From Takakia lepidozioides (taxonomy: Eukaryota > Plantae > Bryophyta): 64,000 nucleotides of DNA. A program made the position numbers and the translations under genes. The notes beneath the pieces are model-generated. The model was given only the letters and a program-made list of their open reading frames with translations, had not been told where the DNA came from and did not search any database. Position 1 is the stretch's first letter. Each line of letters opens with the position of its first letter. Below are positions 26,401-40,017 of this stretch, in pieces. Where the stretch lies: contig CM060731.1 of the NCBI GenBank assembly GCA_030704615.1, positions 88,722,001-88,786,000 on the forward strand. The letters run 5' to 3'.

Positions 26401-28182
26401 CAACAATCCAGTAGGAGGGGGGTGCATTATAAGCATCCATTTTTCCAAAAGGGAGGTGTTATATGAGCTATCTTCATGGCAACTTAACAGCTCAAACAAG
26501 ATATAGGGAGGTTGGAGTAGGTTAACAATGTAGAGCAGGTCACCCTAGCGAGTCTCTCTCTCGGCTTCTCCAGCCCCCCAAACCTCACAAATCTCCACCA
26601 AAACTACTTTCCCAGCTAGCACATGTCAAAACTCATACATGAGCTCGATTGTCTAGTTCTCTGTAAGTTTAGAAGTGAACCACTAAAGGCCTATAATCCA
26701 GTCGCCACATCAATTCAGTAGAGAAGTACTTGTGTTGCAGCACCAAATAGCTCCGGGCTAGAGCTGGATTAGCTAACTTACATAGCAAGCTCATGGCCCA
26801 AACACCTGGGACCAGCACAGCTTCAACTGTCATTACATTTGGAATCTGAAGTCTAGATCTCCTCTAGGTAAGTAGGTATGCTAAACGAATGTAGAATTTC
26901 CAGCTCATCCTATAGATCATGTACTAAGAATAACTGGCCTGAAATGCGAAAAGCTCGCTAGTACCTAATCTGAGTCCTGTATCTCCTGCGATGTTTCTGC
27001 TGACCGGAGAATTTCGAGACACCTTGAAAACCGGAATTGTTCATGTAGCGGGCTGCGCCAACGCAGTAACCATGCTGCTGCGCCCGTCCGCTGAGACTAT
27101 CAAGGTAGCCTTTCAAGAATTTATGAAGGGTGAGCGTATTGAAGGAGCTAGCGCGATTTTGCAAACATTGTATGCTTCCAGGGATCCTCATCCTAAATCA
27201 AACAATCCCATCCTCTGGCTGAGCTCTGGGTGCCTAGAGGCTAGTACATAGCAAGGGTCACAGCTCGACAAAAAACCCTCTGTACATGCAAAATGCACCA
27301 AATTAAGTTATAAGTGCAGAGCTCACAGGTCAATCATCACGCCCCTAAAGTCACCTTTCTTTTGGAATCATTCATGTGAGGACCCATAACAGGTTATTAG
27401 GGTTCCTTTAGCACCTTCAAGTTCTGTGTCTGGCATGCTTGACTGGGAGGGGGAGAACTACTAGCTCAATGTTATTAGCTCTTAATGAGGATTATAGCAC
27501 GATGAGGCCTCTCCTAATGAGGATGTGGCAGTTTATAAGTTACCGCCTCCTCTGCAACATATATGTAAATCGGAAGCATCGTGCTGGCATGTGACTGCAG
27601 CCGTCACCATACCTTAATGGTCGGTGTCGGCGCTGCTGCCTTTATACTCGCTGCAGCTACGCGTTAGAATAAAGAATCTCATCAGCGTCTCTCATCAATC
27701 ACTTGTGCTGCACCATCTTGCTCCGTAACCATTAATGGCATCGCTACATCAAATCCCTTCCCCGCGCATTTGTCTTGGACACTGTGCTAATCCAAAAAAA
27801 GCATTAAAGGGTTCCTGCATTTTGAGGTGATGCAGCTGGACCTGTATGATAATTTGCAACCCAGTTCACCGAAGTCTTGTGGCCTTCACCTGTCTCCGTC
27901 ATCTTGGAGTACTGTCTCCTCTTGCGGACTGCATACGTATAGGTATATACTTACAGTCTCAATGCCGGGTAGTTCCCTGAATCCGAATCTCGACCTCCAG
28001 AATTTCTCGGTGGTCTTCCAGCTAGCGATTGTTTTTTCTTTACACCCTTTGGGCCTCACTGCGAGATCTGCTGGCGAAGCTCAGAGCTCCGGGAAAACCT
28101 GACAACCAGTAGATAGCCAAGAGTGGGCGCTGAGCGGGCGTCGAAGGAAGCTGATCTGTGGCAGAAATGCTGTTGGTGCTCA

Positions 28183-29534
28183 ATGTGGGGGATGGCTAAC
28201 GCGTATCCGGCTCACGTGCTGTCAATCATTGCGGGACCGGTTGCAGCGAGACCTGAGGAGCGGGTGTATCGTAAGGGCAATTGGACACTGCAGGAGACAA
28301 TAGTTTTGATTGCTGCCAAGAAGCTTGATGATGAGCGACGCTTGAAAGGTGGTGACAATGAGAAGTCCAAAACTACAGATTTCCGGTGGAAGTGGGTAGA
28401 AAATTACTGTTGGAAGAATGGCTGTCACCGCAGTCAGAATCAGTGCAATGACAAGTGGGACAATCTGCTGCGTGATTACAAGAAAGTGCGCGACCATGAG
28501 ATTCGTGATCAGCAGGAGCTGGTGTCTTACTGGCAGATGGAGAAGCACGAGCGGAAGGACAAGGGGCTACCGTCTGGATTGTTGATTCAAGTGTATGACG
28601 CTCTTTACGATACGATTGATCGCCGCTTCCCTCCTAAAGTTGTGCCGCTTGGGCAGCCTGCCCCTGACTCCAATCCTCCTCCTTTGTCGGGACCACTCCC
28701 GCTCTGCATGCACCCACCTACAGCTTTCCCCATGTCCTCTGGTAATCATTCCAGCCTTGTATCTAGAGCTTTCATAGGATTGAATGTGGGAACAGATGTT
28801 GAGGGCTGCCACAGTTCAGGTCCTTCGTTGCGTCCTTCATTGCGTGCACTTAAATTTTATGTCGACTGGTTTAGTGGGCAGGTAGGCAGAAGACGATTAC
28901 ATGCACATGACTGTATTCAGATTGAGTGGGTTTCAAGGCCCGAAGCTTGTTGAACCCTCCATTTGCCGTCAACTGATTATGTCGAGCAGTACTGCATGGA
29001 GTTGTCGATTCAAGCCCATCTGAAGGTGTTTTGACAAACTGAACATGTCCAATAAGTGTGCACAATGCCCTCACGATGTATAATTGCATGGTCATTGCTA
29101 TAAATGTAGCCAAGCAACCCTGGTAAAGTGTCACGAAGAATGTCCAGTGCGGGATTGTATTACATTATTCGTGTTTACTGTCAGTGATCAACCCACCTTG
29201 TGTGATGTGAGCAGATCAGAGCGAGGATGAATCTCAAAGTGACGATTCGAGTCCTTCTGTTGCAAAGAAGCGCAAATTTTCCGAGAGTAGCGAGGGCTTA
29301 GCGCCAGCTATGTACAAGAGCACTGTCGAATTGACACAAACGCTCTTGGCCTGCGAGGACAACGAGGACCGGCGGCACCGCGCTCTCCTAGGGATAGAAG
29401 AACGCAAGCTGCATATAGAGGAAGCCAAGAGCGAAATCAGTCGGCAAGGGATGGTCGGTCTGATTAGCGCTGTGAATAACTTGGCCACTGTCATTCTCAC
29501 GCTTGCAGCTGACATTAACATGCCGGAGACATGA
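28183..29534 (+). CDS. Trihelix (Myb/SANT-like) transcription factor, SH4/ASR3-type clade; 2 exons (28183-28741, 29215-29534)
   Basis: Exon 1 encodes RVYRKGNWTLQETIVLIAAKKLDDERR...RWKWVENYCWKNGCHRSQNQCNDKWDNLLRDYKKVRDHE...SYWQMEKHERKDKGLP. Exon 2 encodes the NLS-like KKRK and the coiled coil EDRRHRALLGIEERKLHIEE...GMVGLISAVNNLA. Confidence 0.9.
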
Positions 29535-30096
29535 TATTACACCCGCGTGCTGCAGTCCCAACACCCCAGCTGAGACTTCATGAATATATTCCGAGGATGT
29601 GCTACGGTCGTCACACATGGCTTGGAAGACTAAAGTGATGAATACTTCTATGCGGGAGAATGTAATGTTCAAAGCTAGATCTTGTTGCTCAGGATGAGGT
29701 TCCGTATATGTGAAAATGTATGCCAGACAAACAGGAGGTTGTAGACCTGCGTGCTGTGGCTCGGTGTGTGTAGTGGGTCTGTCAAGAGTGAGGAAATTCA
29801 ATGTTCCTCGGTAGAGCAACCAGACATTCACGTCAAACTCAAATCGAATCAAAATTCCCGTGCTCACCCTTGGGATTTTTCCTTAGAGCTCTGCGCCGAT
29901 GTTGGGAATGTCAAGGAGTTCCATCGAGCTGATGCTTCCGTCTTTCCCGAGCGTCAATTGAGACGCGATTAGAGGAGTTACTAGTTCACTTTCCATATCG
30001 ATCCAATACTTGTTTGCTAGATAGTTGAGGTTCTCAATAGACATCACTAGGGTAGCCTGTGCCGTTGGCCCAAGTGTCCAGTGTCATCTAAGCCTA

Positions 30097-30679
30097 CCGT
30101 ACTGACCTAGCTTATTAGGCAATAATTAAATCAAAATCAAGTGCCTAATTAAATTTAGAACATTTTTGGAAAATGTGCCTAAAACTTGGAAATTTTTCCT
30201 GAGAAGTGCCTAATTGCTTGAAAAGTGTCCAAATGTCCAAATATGTGGAAAAAAAGCCTAAATTGTATTATTTAAAGTCCAAAAAATTGGCAAAAATGCC
30301 TGCAATTTATAATTTCAAGTCACACAACTTCCAAAGGGCCCTACTTTGATGCAACATCTTCATAAGTCTCATCACCTATCTCATGTCAATCTTCTAAATC
30401 TGAGAATGGTAAGGTAAGGAAGGGAGGTCAAAAACAATTGTTGAGGTAATATCCATTTACAAGACCATTATGTTTTTCATAAGAGAGAATTACCTCAACA
30501 ATAGTTTTTGAGGGAGGTAAAAAATGTTCATTATTATCCAGGGTCGACTGTAATACATGCTTAATGTTCGGAAATTACCTAGGTGAGGTGCCTAAATAAT
30601 AAAAACGAATCTGCCTAATAATATTCCATTTTTTTAAATTATTAGGTGCGGAAGTGCCTAATAAGCTAGGCCAGTACGG
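30097..30679. mobile_element. Tc1/mariner (pogo-like) MITE, 583 bp, nested in the Helitron
   Basis: TIRs CCGTACTGACCTAGCTTATTAGGCA / TGCCTAATAAGCTAGGCCAGTACGG (1 mismatch), a TA duplication at 30095-30096 and 30680-30681, and an AT-rich interior. The Helitron repeat resumes on both sides. Confidence 0.9.
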
Positions 30680-32563
30680 TATGAGCAAACTCCTATGTAT
30701 CCAAGTGCGACTCCTATGTCGAGCCCCAAGTCGTAGCTTGTGCCCTTGGCCCATGTGTGAATAATTGAAATCTAAGACCAAGTGCAATTTCCTATGTGTC
30801 CTAGTGCGTCTCCTATGTCGAGGCCTATCTAAGCCCAAGTGCACCTATGTATCCAAGTGCATATCCTATGTATCCAATGACATCTCCCATGTGTGTCTCC
30901 TATGTCGAGGCCCATCTAAGCGCAGTGTGCAATCTTTTATGTATCCAAGTGCATCTCTCGTGTTGATGCCCAAGTGTCCACTGTCATTTAAGACCAAGTG
31001 CAATCTCTTATGTATCCCAGTGTGTCTCCTACGTTGAGGCCCAAGTGCGACCTCTAGTGTAGCCTATGCCGTTGTCCCATTGAAATCTAAGCCCAAGTGC
31101 AATCTTCTATTCATGTATCCAAGTGCATCTCCCGTGTAGTAGACAATCCCCAATGTGTCCACTTAGCTATTTTTGCAATCTCCCCTCTCGAGGCTTCATA
31201 TATCGATATATCCACTTTGCTATTTTTTGTGAATTGCCAACTACCAAAAGTACTTGAAATTCCAAATCTCCCACATGAAAGGCCAATCATTGCTCCAAGA
31301 AACCCCACTTTGCTATTTTTCTCGAATTTCCAACGACCCAAAGCACTTGAAATTCCAGATCTCCCACACCGCTGGTCCAAAAATCATGAGACGAAGCCGG
31401 TGCACCCCTCCTCACCAAGGGGCACCCCTCCTCACCAAGGGCTTTCCAACGACACCAAACACCCGTGCTGGGCCCGCGGTTTAGGAGATCTCAAGGACGC
31501 TACAAAACAAAACAATCGTCTAGCTTCATATATTTATTAGTTGATACTCATATGTACTAGGGTAGCATATGCCGATGGCCCAAGTGTCCAATGTCATCTA
31601 AGTCCAAATGCATTTTTTTTCCACAGAGCCTATGACCAGATTTGAACCGGAGATCTTTCCCTTGATATCTGCAAGTGCTATCCCCTATATATCCAAGTGT
31701 GTCTCCTATGTTGAGGCTCAAATGCGACCTCTAGGGTAGCTTGTGCGGTTGGTCCAAATGCCCAGTGTCATCTAAGCCCAAGTGCAAGATCTCATAAGTA
31801 TCCTAGTGCGTCTCCTAAGTGAGACCCAAGTACGACCTCTAGGGTAGCTTGTGCCGTTGGCCCAAGTGTCCATTGTCATCTAAGTCTAATGATTTAGCCA
31901 TATCTGATCATTTTTTTTTTCCACATAGCCTATGACCAGATTTGAACCGGAGACCTCTCCCTTGTTGTCTCTCCCGTCAAGGCTCCAACCATTCTCCCAT
32001 GAATGCCCAAGTTGCTATTTTTCCTGAATTTCCAACGGCCCAATGTCATCTAAGTAAGTTTTTTTTACCACAGAGCCTTCGATGAGATTTGAACCGGAGA
32101 CTTTTCCCTTGATAAGGGTAGCCTGTGCCGTTGGCCCAAGTGTCATCTATGTCCAAGTGCAATTTCCTTACGTATCCCAGTGTGTCTCCTATTTCGAGGC
32201 CCAAGTGCAACCTCTAGGGTGGCCTGTGCCTTCGGCCTATGTGTGAAGAATTGAAATCTAAGACCAAGTGCAATTTCCTATGTATCCTAGTGCGTCTCTT
32301 ATGTTGAGGCCCAAATGAGACCTCTAGGGTAGCATGTGCCATTGGCCCAAGTGTCCCAAGTTTCATCTAAGCCCAAGTGCAATCTCCTATGTATCTATGT
32401 GCGTCTCCTAAGCAATTAGCAAGTGCAATCCCAAAGCCTACTTTGCTATTTTTCGCGAATTTCCAGTGACCAAAAGTACTTGAAATTCCAAATCTCCCAC
32501 GTGAAGGGCCAAAGTCCAAAGGCAATCCCCTATGTATCAAAGTGCGTCTCCTATGTCGAGCCA

Positions 32564-32748
32564 TGACAACCAGAATGTAGCCAAGTGGTAATGGGCACAT
32601 ACCACGTTGGATGTGGTTGTGGGTTCAAACCACGGTCTGGTGTGTCATGAAGGTGTCCACCTTTCAGCTGGAAGCCAGTAGCCCTTGTGATAAAGTGACA
32701 CCATAAGTTACGCTCCCTTCAGGAGGCATCATACTTTTTTTTACTTTT
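32564..32748 (+). mobile_element. tRNA-derived SINE, copy 2, inserted in the Helitron array
   Basis: A box TAGCCAAGTGG (32578-32588), B box GGTTCAAACC (32622-32631), a T-rich 3' tail, and a body shared with 14170-14443. Confidence 0.72.
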
Positions 32749-34312
32749 GTTGAGGCCCAAATGCAACCTCTAGGGTAGCCTTTGCCGTTGGCCCAAGTGT
32801 CCAGTGTCATCTAAGTAAAGTTTTTTTTCCACAGAGCCTACGACCAGTTTTGAACCGGAGACCTTCCCCTTGATATCTCTCCCGTTGAGGTTCCAAATCT
32901 CCCATGTGAAGGGCCAATCATTGCTCCAGGAAAGCCCGCTTTGCTATTTTTCTCGAATTTCCAGCGACCCAAAGTACTCAAAATTCCACATCTCCCACAC
33001 CGCAGGTCCAAAAATCATGAGACCAAGCCGGTGCACCTCTCCTCATGGAGGGCTTTCCAACGGCACTAAGCACCGGGGCTGGGCCCGCGGTTTGGGAGAT
33101 CTCAACGACGCTACAAACAAAACAAAACAAACGTCTCGCTGCATATATTGACTAGGGTAGCCTGTGCCATTGGCCCAAGTGTCAAGTATCGTCTAAGTCC
33201 ACGTGCAATCCCCTATGTATCCAAGTGCATCTCCTATGTCGAGGCCCAAATGCGACCTCTAGGGTAGCATGTGCCGTGGGCCCAAGTGTCAAGTGTCATC
33301 TAAGTCCACCTGTAAGATCTTTTATGTATCCTAGTGCGTCTCCTATGTCGAGGCCCAAGTGCAACCTCTAGGATAGCCTGTACCCTATGTATCCTCTATG
33401 TATCTAGAGACCCTCCTCTTTGGGAGATCTAGGCCTAGGGTAGCCTGTGCCATTGGCCCATGTGTTAAGAATTGAAATCTAAGTCCAAGTGCAATTGCAT
33501 CTCCTATGTCACGGCCCAAGTGTGAAGAATTGAAATCTTAGCCCAAGTGCAATCTTCTATTCATGAAGTGCATCTCCCATGTAGAGGCCCAAGTGTCCAA
33601 TGTCATCTAAGTCCAAGTGCAATCCCATATCTAATCATTTCTTTTTTCAGAGAGCCTACGACCAGATTTGAACCGGAGACCTTTCCCTTGATATATCTCC
33701 CGTCGAGGCTCCAACCATTGTCCTAGGAAAGCCCACTTTGCCATTTTTGCTATTTTTTGTGAATTTCCAGCGACCAAAGTACTTGGAATTCCACATCTCC
33801 CACACCACTGGTCCAAAAATTGCGAATGCCCACTTTGCCATTTTTGCTATTTTTTGTGAATTTCCAGTGACCAAAAGTACTTGGAATTCCACATCTCCCT
33901 CACCGCTTGTCCAAAAATCGTGAGACCAAGCCGGTGCACCCCTCCTCACCGAGGGCTTTCCAAAGGTACCAAGCACCCGCGCCGGGGCCCCGCGGTTTGG
34001 GAGATCTCAACGACGCTACAAAACAAAACAAAACAAACTTCTCGCTTCATATATTGATTACATGACATATTACCTAGCCTATATGTAATGGGAAGATAAT
34101 AGGAATAATGTAAGAACTTAATGCAAGCGCGTCAGGACGGTCCAGCCCTGACACCCGTACCGCCGGTTCTTCGCCTCCGGCAGACATCGAAAGGCAGCCG
34201 GCTGGGCTCGGTCAATCCCCCCCACCCCCGCCCTCATCCCATCGGCGTCGTCGCCCCATGCGTCGTCGTTCTGCGACACCAGTCCGCCGCTTCCAGCAGT
34301 CCGCCAGTTCCC

Positions 34313-36430
34313 TGTAACCCCCCCCGGGTTCAACCATCACCCCCATGTAACCCTCTGTAACTCCGCCGAGTGTAACCCACACTACCATGTAACCCTCTGT
34401 AACCCATATAACCCCATGACCCTCTGTAACCACCATGTAACCCTGTAACCCTGTGTCACCCCCACCCCTATAACCCTCACTACATGTAACCCTCTGTAAC
34501 CCATGTAACCCTCTATAACACCGCAGAGTGTCACCCCCCCCTATGTAACCCTCACTACATGTAACCCTCTGTAACACTTTGCAACCCCCTATGTAACCCT
34601 ATGTAACCCTCTGTAACACCGCAGAGTGTCCCTCACCCTTATGTACCCTCCATGTAACCCTCTGTAACCCATGTAACCCTCTGTAACCCTTTGTAACCCT
34701 CACCACCATGTAACCCTCTGTAACACCGCAGAGTGTCACCCTCACCCCTATGTAACCCTCATTCCATGTAACCCTCTCTGACCCTCTGTAACCCTCACCA
34801 CCATGTAACCCTCTCCCATGTAACCCTGTGACCCTCTATATCCCTCCCTCACCAGGTAACCCTTACCACCATGTAACCCTCTGTAACACCGCAGAGTGTC
34901 ACCCTCGCCACCATGTAACCCTCCGTAACCCTCACAAACCCTTTGTGACACCGCAGAGTGTCACCCTCATCCCCATGTCACAAACCCTCTGTGGCTTTGT
35001 AACCCATGTAACCCTCTGTAACACCGCGGAGTGTCCCCTCACCCCTTATGTAACCCTCACTCCATGTAACCCTAACCCATGTAACCCTCTGTGACCCTTT
35101 GTAACCCTCACCACCATGTAACCCTCTGTAACACCGCAGAATGTCACCCTCACCCCTATGTAACCCTCTGTAACCCTCTGTAACCCTCTGTAACCCATGT
35201 AACCCTCTTGACCCTCTATATCCCTCACCAGGTGTAACCCTTACCACCATGTAACCCTCTGTAACACCGCAGAGTGTCACCTCGCACCATGTAACCCTCC
35301 GTAACCCACACAAACCCTCTGTGACACCGCAGAGTGTCACCCTCATCCCCATGTAACCCTCACTCCATGTAACCCTCTGTGACCCTCCGTGGCTCTGTAA
35401 CCCATGTAATCCTCTGTAACACCGTAGAGTGTCACCCTCACCCCTTATGTAACCCTCACTCCATGTAACCCTCTGTAACCCATGTAACCCTCTGTGACCC
35501 TTTGTAACCCTCACCACCATGTAACCCTCTGTAACACCGCAGAATGTCACCCTCACCCCTATGTAATCCTCACTCCATGTAACCCTCTCTGACCCTCTGT
35601 AACTCTCTGTAACCCATGTAACCCTCTGTGACCCTCTATATCCCTCACTAGGTGTAACCCTTACCACCATGTAACCCTCTGTAACACCGCAGAGTGTCAC
35701 CCCCATCCCTATGCATCCCTCACTCCTTGTAACCCATGTAATCCTCTGTGACCCTGCGTAACCCGTGTAACCCTCTGTGACCCTGTGTAACCCATGTAAC
35801 CCCATGTAACCCTCACTCCATGTAACCCTCTGTGACCCTCTATAACCCTCACCAGGTGTAACCTTCACCACCATGTAACCCTCAGTAACCCTCTGTAACA
35901 CCGTAGAGTGTCACCCTCACCCCTGTGTAACCTCACTCCATGTAACCCTCTGTGACCCTCTGTGACTCCTGTAACCCTCACCACCATGTAACCCTCTGTA
36001 ACCCTCCCTCTGTAACACCGCTGAGTGTCCCCTCACTCCATGTAACCCTCCCACCCTTGTCACCCTCCCCATGTAACCCCATGACCCTCTGTAACCCTTT
36101 GTAACCCATGTAACCCTCTGTTACTCCGCGGGTGTAACCCTCACTCCATGTTATCCTGCATCGTGTAACCCCAATGTAAGCTTGTATCATGTTATCCCAT
36201 ATACCCCTCTCGTGTAACTCCAGTTCCTCGTAACCCATCATCCCTGTAACCCTCTGCACGTCAGCGCTTTAGCTCCCTCGTGTAACCCTCATTGTGCAAC
36301 TCCACCCCACCATGTAACCCCGATACTGTATCAATCCCCCCCGTGTAACCCCCGATTGTGTCACTCATAGCTCGTGTCACCCCGGATCCTTTATCCCCAA
36401 CGCATGTCACCCCTGTTCGTGTAGCCCCTT
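34313..36430 (+). repeat. Left subterminal array of TGTAACCC(T)-based repeats
   Basis: About 2.1 kb of tgtaaccctc / catgtaaccc units with a higher-order unit containing aacaccgcagagtgtcaccc. Confidence 0.95.
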
Positions 36431-36664
36431 AGTGCCCGGCAAAAATTGGCGGGCTCCAAGAGGTGTCAGATATTTTGAATTCAAACCTGGGTTACACGAT
36501 TCGGTGACATCAAAACCCACGTGTAACTCCATCATCGCTCGTCATTTTCACCAGGTGCGTAGACGACGTGCAGTCCCGAGGGCTCCGCTGCGTTGCCCGC
36601 GTGTGTTATGCGATTTGTACTGTACTGGTGGTACTGTTGCTGCTAATGGCATGCTGCCGCGAAG

Positions 36665-39600
36665 GTGCTAGACGAGGAACGCAAAGCAGCATTGGAATCA
36701 AATGGTTTGAAAGATGAGGCGGGAGAACTCTGTCATTTGCAGCATTTGGTATCTCATTTGAAATGCATCCTACAGCTGCCCATAGACGGGATTTTCAATC
36801 ACACAAACCTACGTTGGATACGCCAGGTGGTTCCCAGGGAAAGGGAAACGGATATCCATCGAAGTAGTTGTCGTTCCATGGTTCGCATTCCTGACTTTCT
36901 GGAGGGAGAAAAAGGAGTAGAGTGGATGGGAAGACCCAATTTTATGTTCAAGATCGAAGGTACCGTGAGTTGCCAAATTTGACAAACACCGCGTGCAAAT
37001 AGTTATCGTCAGTGCAATAAGTAAGTCAGTTATGAGGGTTGTATAACATTCCAGGCCCCACTCTTCTGCTAGTCTAGCAAAGTCGTATATGGCGATAACC
37101 CTCCTCGCTTTATATGCTTTTTTGCAGGTACCACTGTGCTACGGCCCGATAGATAGGCGCACGGACCCGCCGATTGTGAAGAAGAAAGAAAAACCGATAG
37201 CAGGCTCCGATAATCAAACAGCAGTCAAGCGAATCAGACGTAAGGCAGCGGATTTCGGAGAGTCATTACAAACGTGGGTGTACGTGTAGCTTCAAAGTTG
37301 GCCAGTGTTTCTAGATTCAGAGGTTGGCAATCATCACATACTTCCAGAAACAGCATGTGGATGCAAAAGGAAAGCCATGTCATGGTTCAGCTGACCCCTC
37401 TTCCCATTTCTCGCGATTCGTGCATGCCCCTCGTCTCAGCCATGATATGAAACAGTGGATCGTCGATAGTCTTCGCAGTGGCCTATCTCCAGCTATGATT
37501 ATGACACAACACACTCAACAACTCCAGGAAGCTTGTGCGTCTCAGCGAAGCATGGAGTGGAGTCGCGATTGTTTCTTGTTCGAGTACAACGTGAGAAACA
37601 TTGCCGACAAGCTTGCGATTGAGAGTTACAAAAAAACATCCAGATGATGCACAAAGTGTACGTATGTGGGTCGATAGCAATCCTGAAAGCGTCTTCTTCT
37701 ACCATGAAGAGACAGCGCCAGTGGCGGGTGATTTGAAGTTCGTAATTGGAATACAAACGGAGTGGCAAAAACAGAAAATGATCGACCTGCAACATTTGGG
37801 ACCAACGAAAATAAGGTATTCGTGTCACGCTTTACCTTTCATTGCATTCTGAAATGTGAGTGCCATGCAACTGTTGCCAATATTATAACGCTCACCTTAT
37901 TCATTTTTGTACCATTGCGACATTGCAGTTCCCAATGTATACCATGATGGTGTTCGACGAATGGCTCAACGGCATACCTGTTGCTTATATTATATCAGCG
38001 AGAAACAAAACGACTGACCTGAGCCCCTGGATGAAACGTCTTCGCGACCGACTTCTTCAAAGCAAACCAGATTGGAGGCCAAATGCTTTTGTTGTCGACG
38101 ATGCAGACGCAGAAATCAATGCTATCAGGTACACGGCTAGAAGTTACAATGTTTTGAGTCACACTACAAGTTGCATGCACGAGGGGTTTCATGGATCGGG
38201 CTACACTGCTGCTAGTTACACTGAGAATCACAGTAAGAGTTAAACTGCCAGTTACACGAGGGGGTGCATTGCTGCCTGTAACACTTGGAGTTACACTGTC
38301 AGTTGCTTGAGGGGTTACATGGATTGGGTTGCAATGCTGTCTATTACACTGAGGGTTACACTATCGGTTAGACAGATGGTTATACTGCCTTGAGTTGGAC
38401 GGAGGGTTACACTGCTGTGAGTTAGACCGAGGGTTACACTACTGTGAGTTAGACCGAGGGTTACACTGCTATGAGGTAGACAGAGGGTTACACTGCGAGT
38501 TACACTGGGAGTTACACGGCGTGTCATCCGCAGTCCTGCATGGATTAGGTTGCACTGCTATAGCATGTGAGTTACACTGGGAGCATCGCAGAGGGTTGTA
38601 TGGGTTGGGTCGCTCTGAGAGTTACACGGTGTAACATGGATTGCGTTACAGCGCTGCGATGGGTTATATGTGTTGGGTTACACTGCTGTGAGTTTCACTG
38701 ATAGTTACATGACCAGATGCACGAGGGGTTACATGAGTCACACTACTAAGAGTGACACTTTGAAGAGTTACACTTCTACAAGTTACACTGCGAAGAGTTC
38801 CTCTGATAAGAGTTACACTGACAAGAGTTACACTGATGGATTGGGTGGCATTTGATGTGTGTGCGTGCAGGGAATCGTTTGGGGACGTAGCAATATTTCT
38901 ATGCCTTTGGCATGTTCGCCGCGCTTGGCTGAAACATTCGTGGCGTAAGATGCCCGATCCATACACTCGCAATGCTGTTTTGAAACAGCTTGGCGACGTA
39001 ATGTACGGCATTAACGCCTGTGTGGGAGTCACCCCAGAAGAGTGGGCGCTGGAGCGACTGGAAGATTTGAATTATTCCTATCCGCCTGCGCGTGACTTCC
39101 TACGTTACATCAGAATGGAATGGGTCCCAAAACTGAGCATGTGGATCACGGGGGCTCGTTATATTCCCCACGCAAGTCAGGATACTAATGCCGCAATTGA
39201 ATCTTGGCACGGAAATTTGAAGGCTCGTTTACGCTCGGGAAAGCAAAGGCTTGATGGCAGGAGAATCGATTGGCTGATCAGCGAACTCGTGGGTCTTGTT
39301 CTAACCCACTATTGGTATAGAGATAACTTGAAATCGAAAGGCTTCAAAAGGAATGTACGACAGGAGGAATTTATCAGTAATGTTGTTTGGACTGCAAGGG
39401 AGATCCCTGATGTCAATGTTCATTTGCCCACTGTTCCTGGTCATCCGGCGATTGTGGATAGTGTTCAAACGGCCGGTCGAAGCTACACAATCTATGCACC
39501 TGCGACCACCTGGGCTTGTTGCGATTGTCCATGGGCTTTGAAGGGTAACTTGTGCAAACATCAAATCCGCGTTCTTCAATTGATGAAGCCAAATCTGAAG

Positions 39601-40017
39601 GAAGGGCTTATTGTGAAGCTATGTGGCACAAAGCTCGGGATCATTCATGGAGGTCTTCACATGTTGATGAAATTGGAACTTCCAGATATTGATGCAGAGG
39701 AGGAAGTTGTGAATCTAGCAGAGCCTACGGAGTGCTCAGCATCATCCCGGCGTGGTCGGCAGGAGCCATCGGATGTTTCATCAATTGAATCTGAGATGAA
39801 GTCCCTGTCGCTTCTTGGCAATGAGAGTGAAACAATGCGCAAACATTTGTTTGCCGAGCTTCGTTGTGTTCGTGGGAGGCTGTCCACTTTACAAGTTAGA
39901 ATCGACAAAGGTCTGTTGCACCCTCTTCAAGCAGTTCCATTCATAAAAAATGATGATGGAAACAACATGTCCCTTGCCAGGAAAGTAGATTTTGTAGACC
40001 GCTTCCGTAGTAAGTGA
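36665..40017 (+). pseudogene. MULE DDE transposase with SWIM zinc finger; frameshifted
   Basis: Exons at about 36665-37020, 37128-37770, 37930-38129 and 38871-40017 encode KRGCTCSF, FPMYTMMVFDEWLNGIPVAY, WRPNAFVVDDADAEINAI, FLCLWHVRRAW (CxxH), DTNAAIESWHGNLK and the SWIM motif CDCPWALKGNLCKH. Frameshifts occur near 37268 and in the A-run near 37630. Confidence 0.88.

Larger units (their letters stand above)
30047..34057 (-). mobile_element. Array of three non-autonomous Helitron copies (about 30047-31536, 31557-33151, 33152-34057)
   Basis: On the minus strand each unit begins T(C/A)AATATATG(A/C)AGC and ends with the imperfect hairpin CTTGGGCCAACGGCACAGG followed by CTACC-CTAG. The outer flanks give an A|T target with no TSD. 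No Rep or helicase ORF is present. Confidence 0.8.

Noticed and set aside
26958-27251. Short ORFs on both strands upstream of the trihelix gene; similarly 11013-11300 and 23565-23900
   Set aside because: There are no recognisable motifs, splice context or repeat boundaries, so they are left unannotated.
32564-32640. Functional tRNA gene
   Set aside because: A and B boxes are present, but I could not fold a convincing cloverleaf, and the sequence continues into a shared SINE body with a T-rich tail.
34212-36259. Long ORFs such as the 307-aa VTEGYM-rich frame at 34978-35901, and similar frames at 42353-42743
   Set aside because: They are translations of the TGTAACCC tandem array, which lacks stops in some frames; there is no evidence of a real protein.
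30047-36430. CRISPR-like appearance of regularly recurring repeats
   Set aside because: The context is eukaryotic, there are no unique spacers or cas genes, and the repeats are explained by Helitron termini and MULE subterminal arrays.
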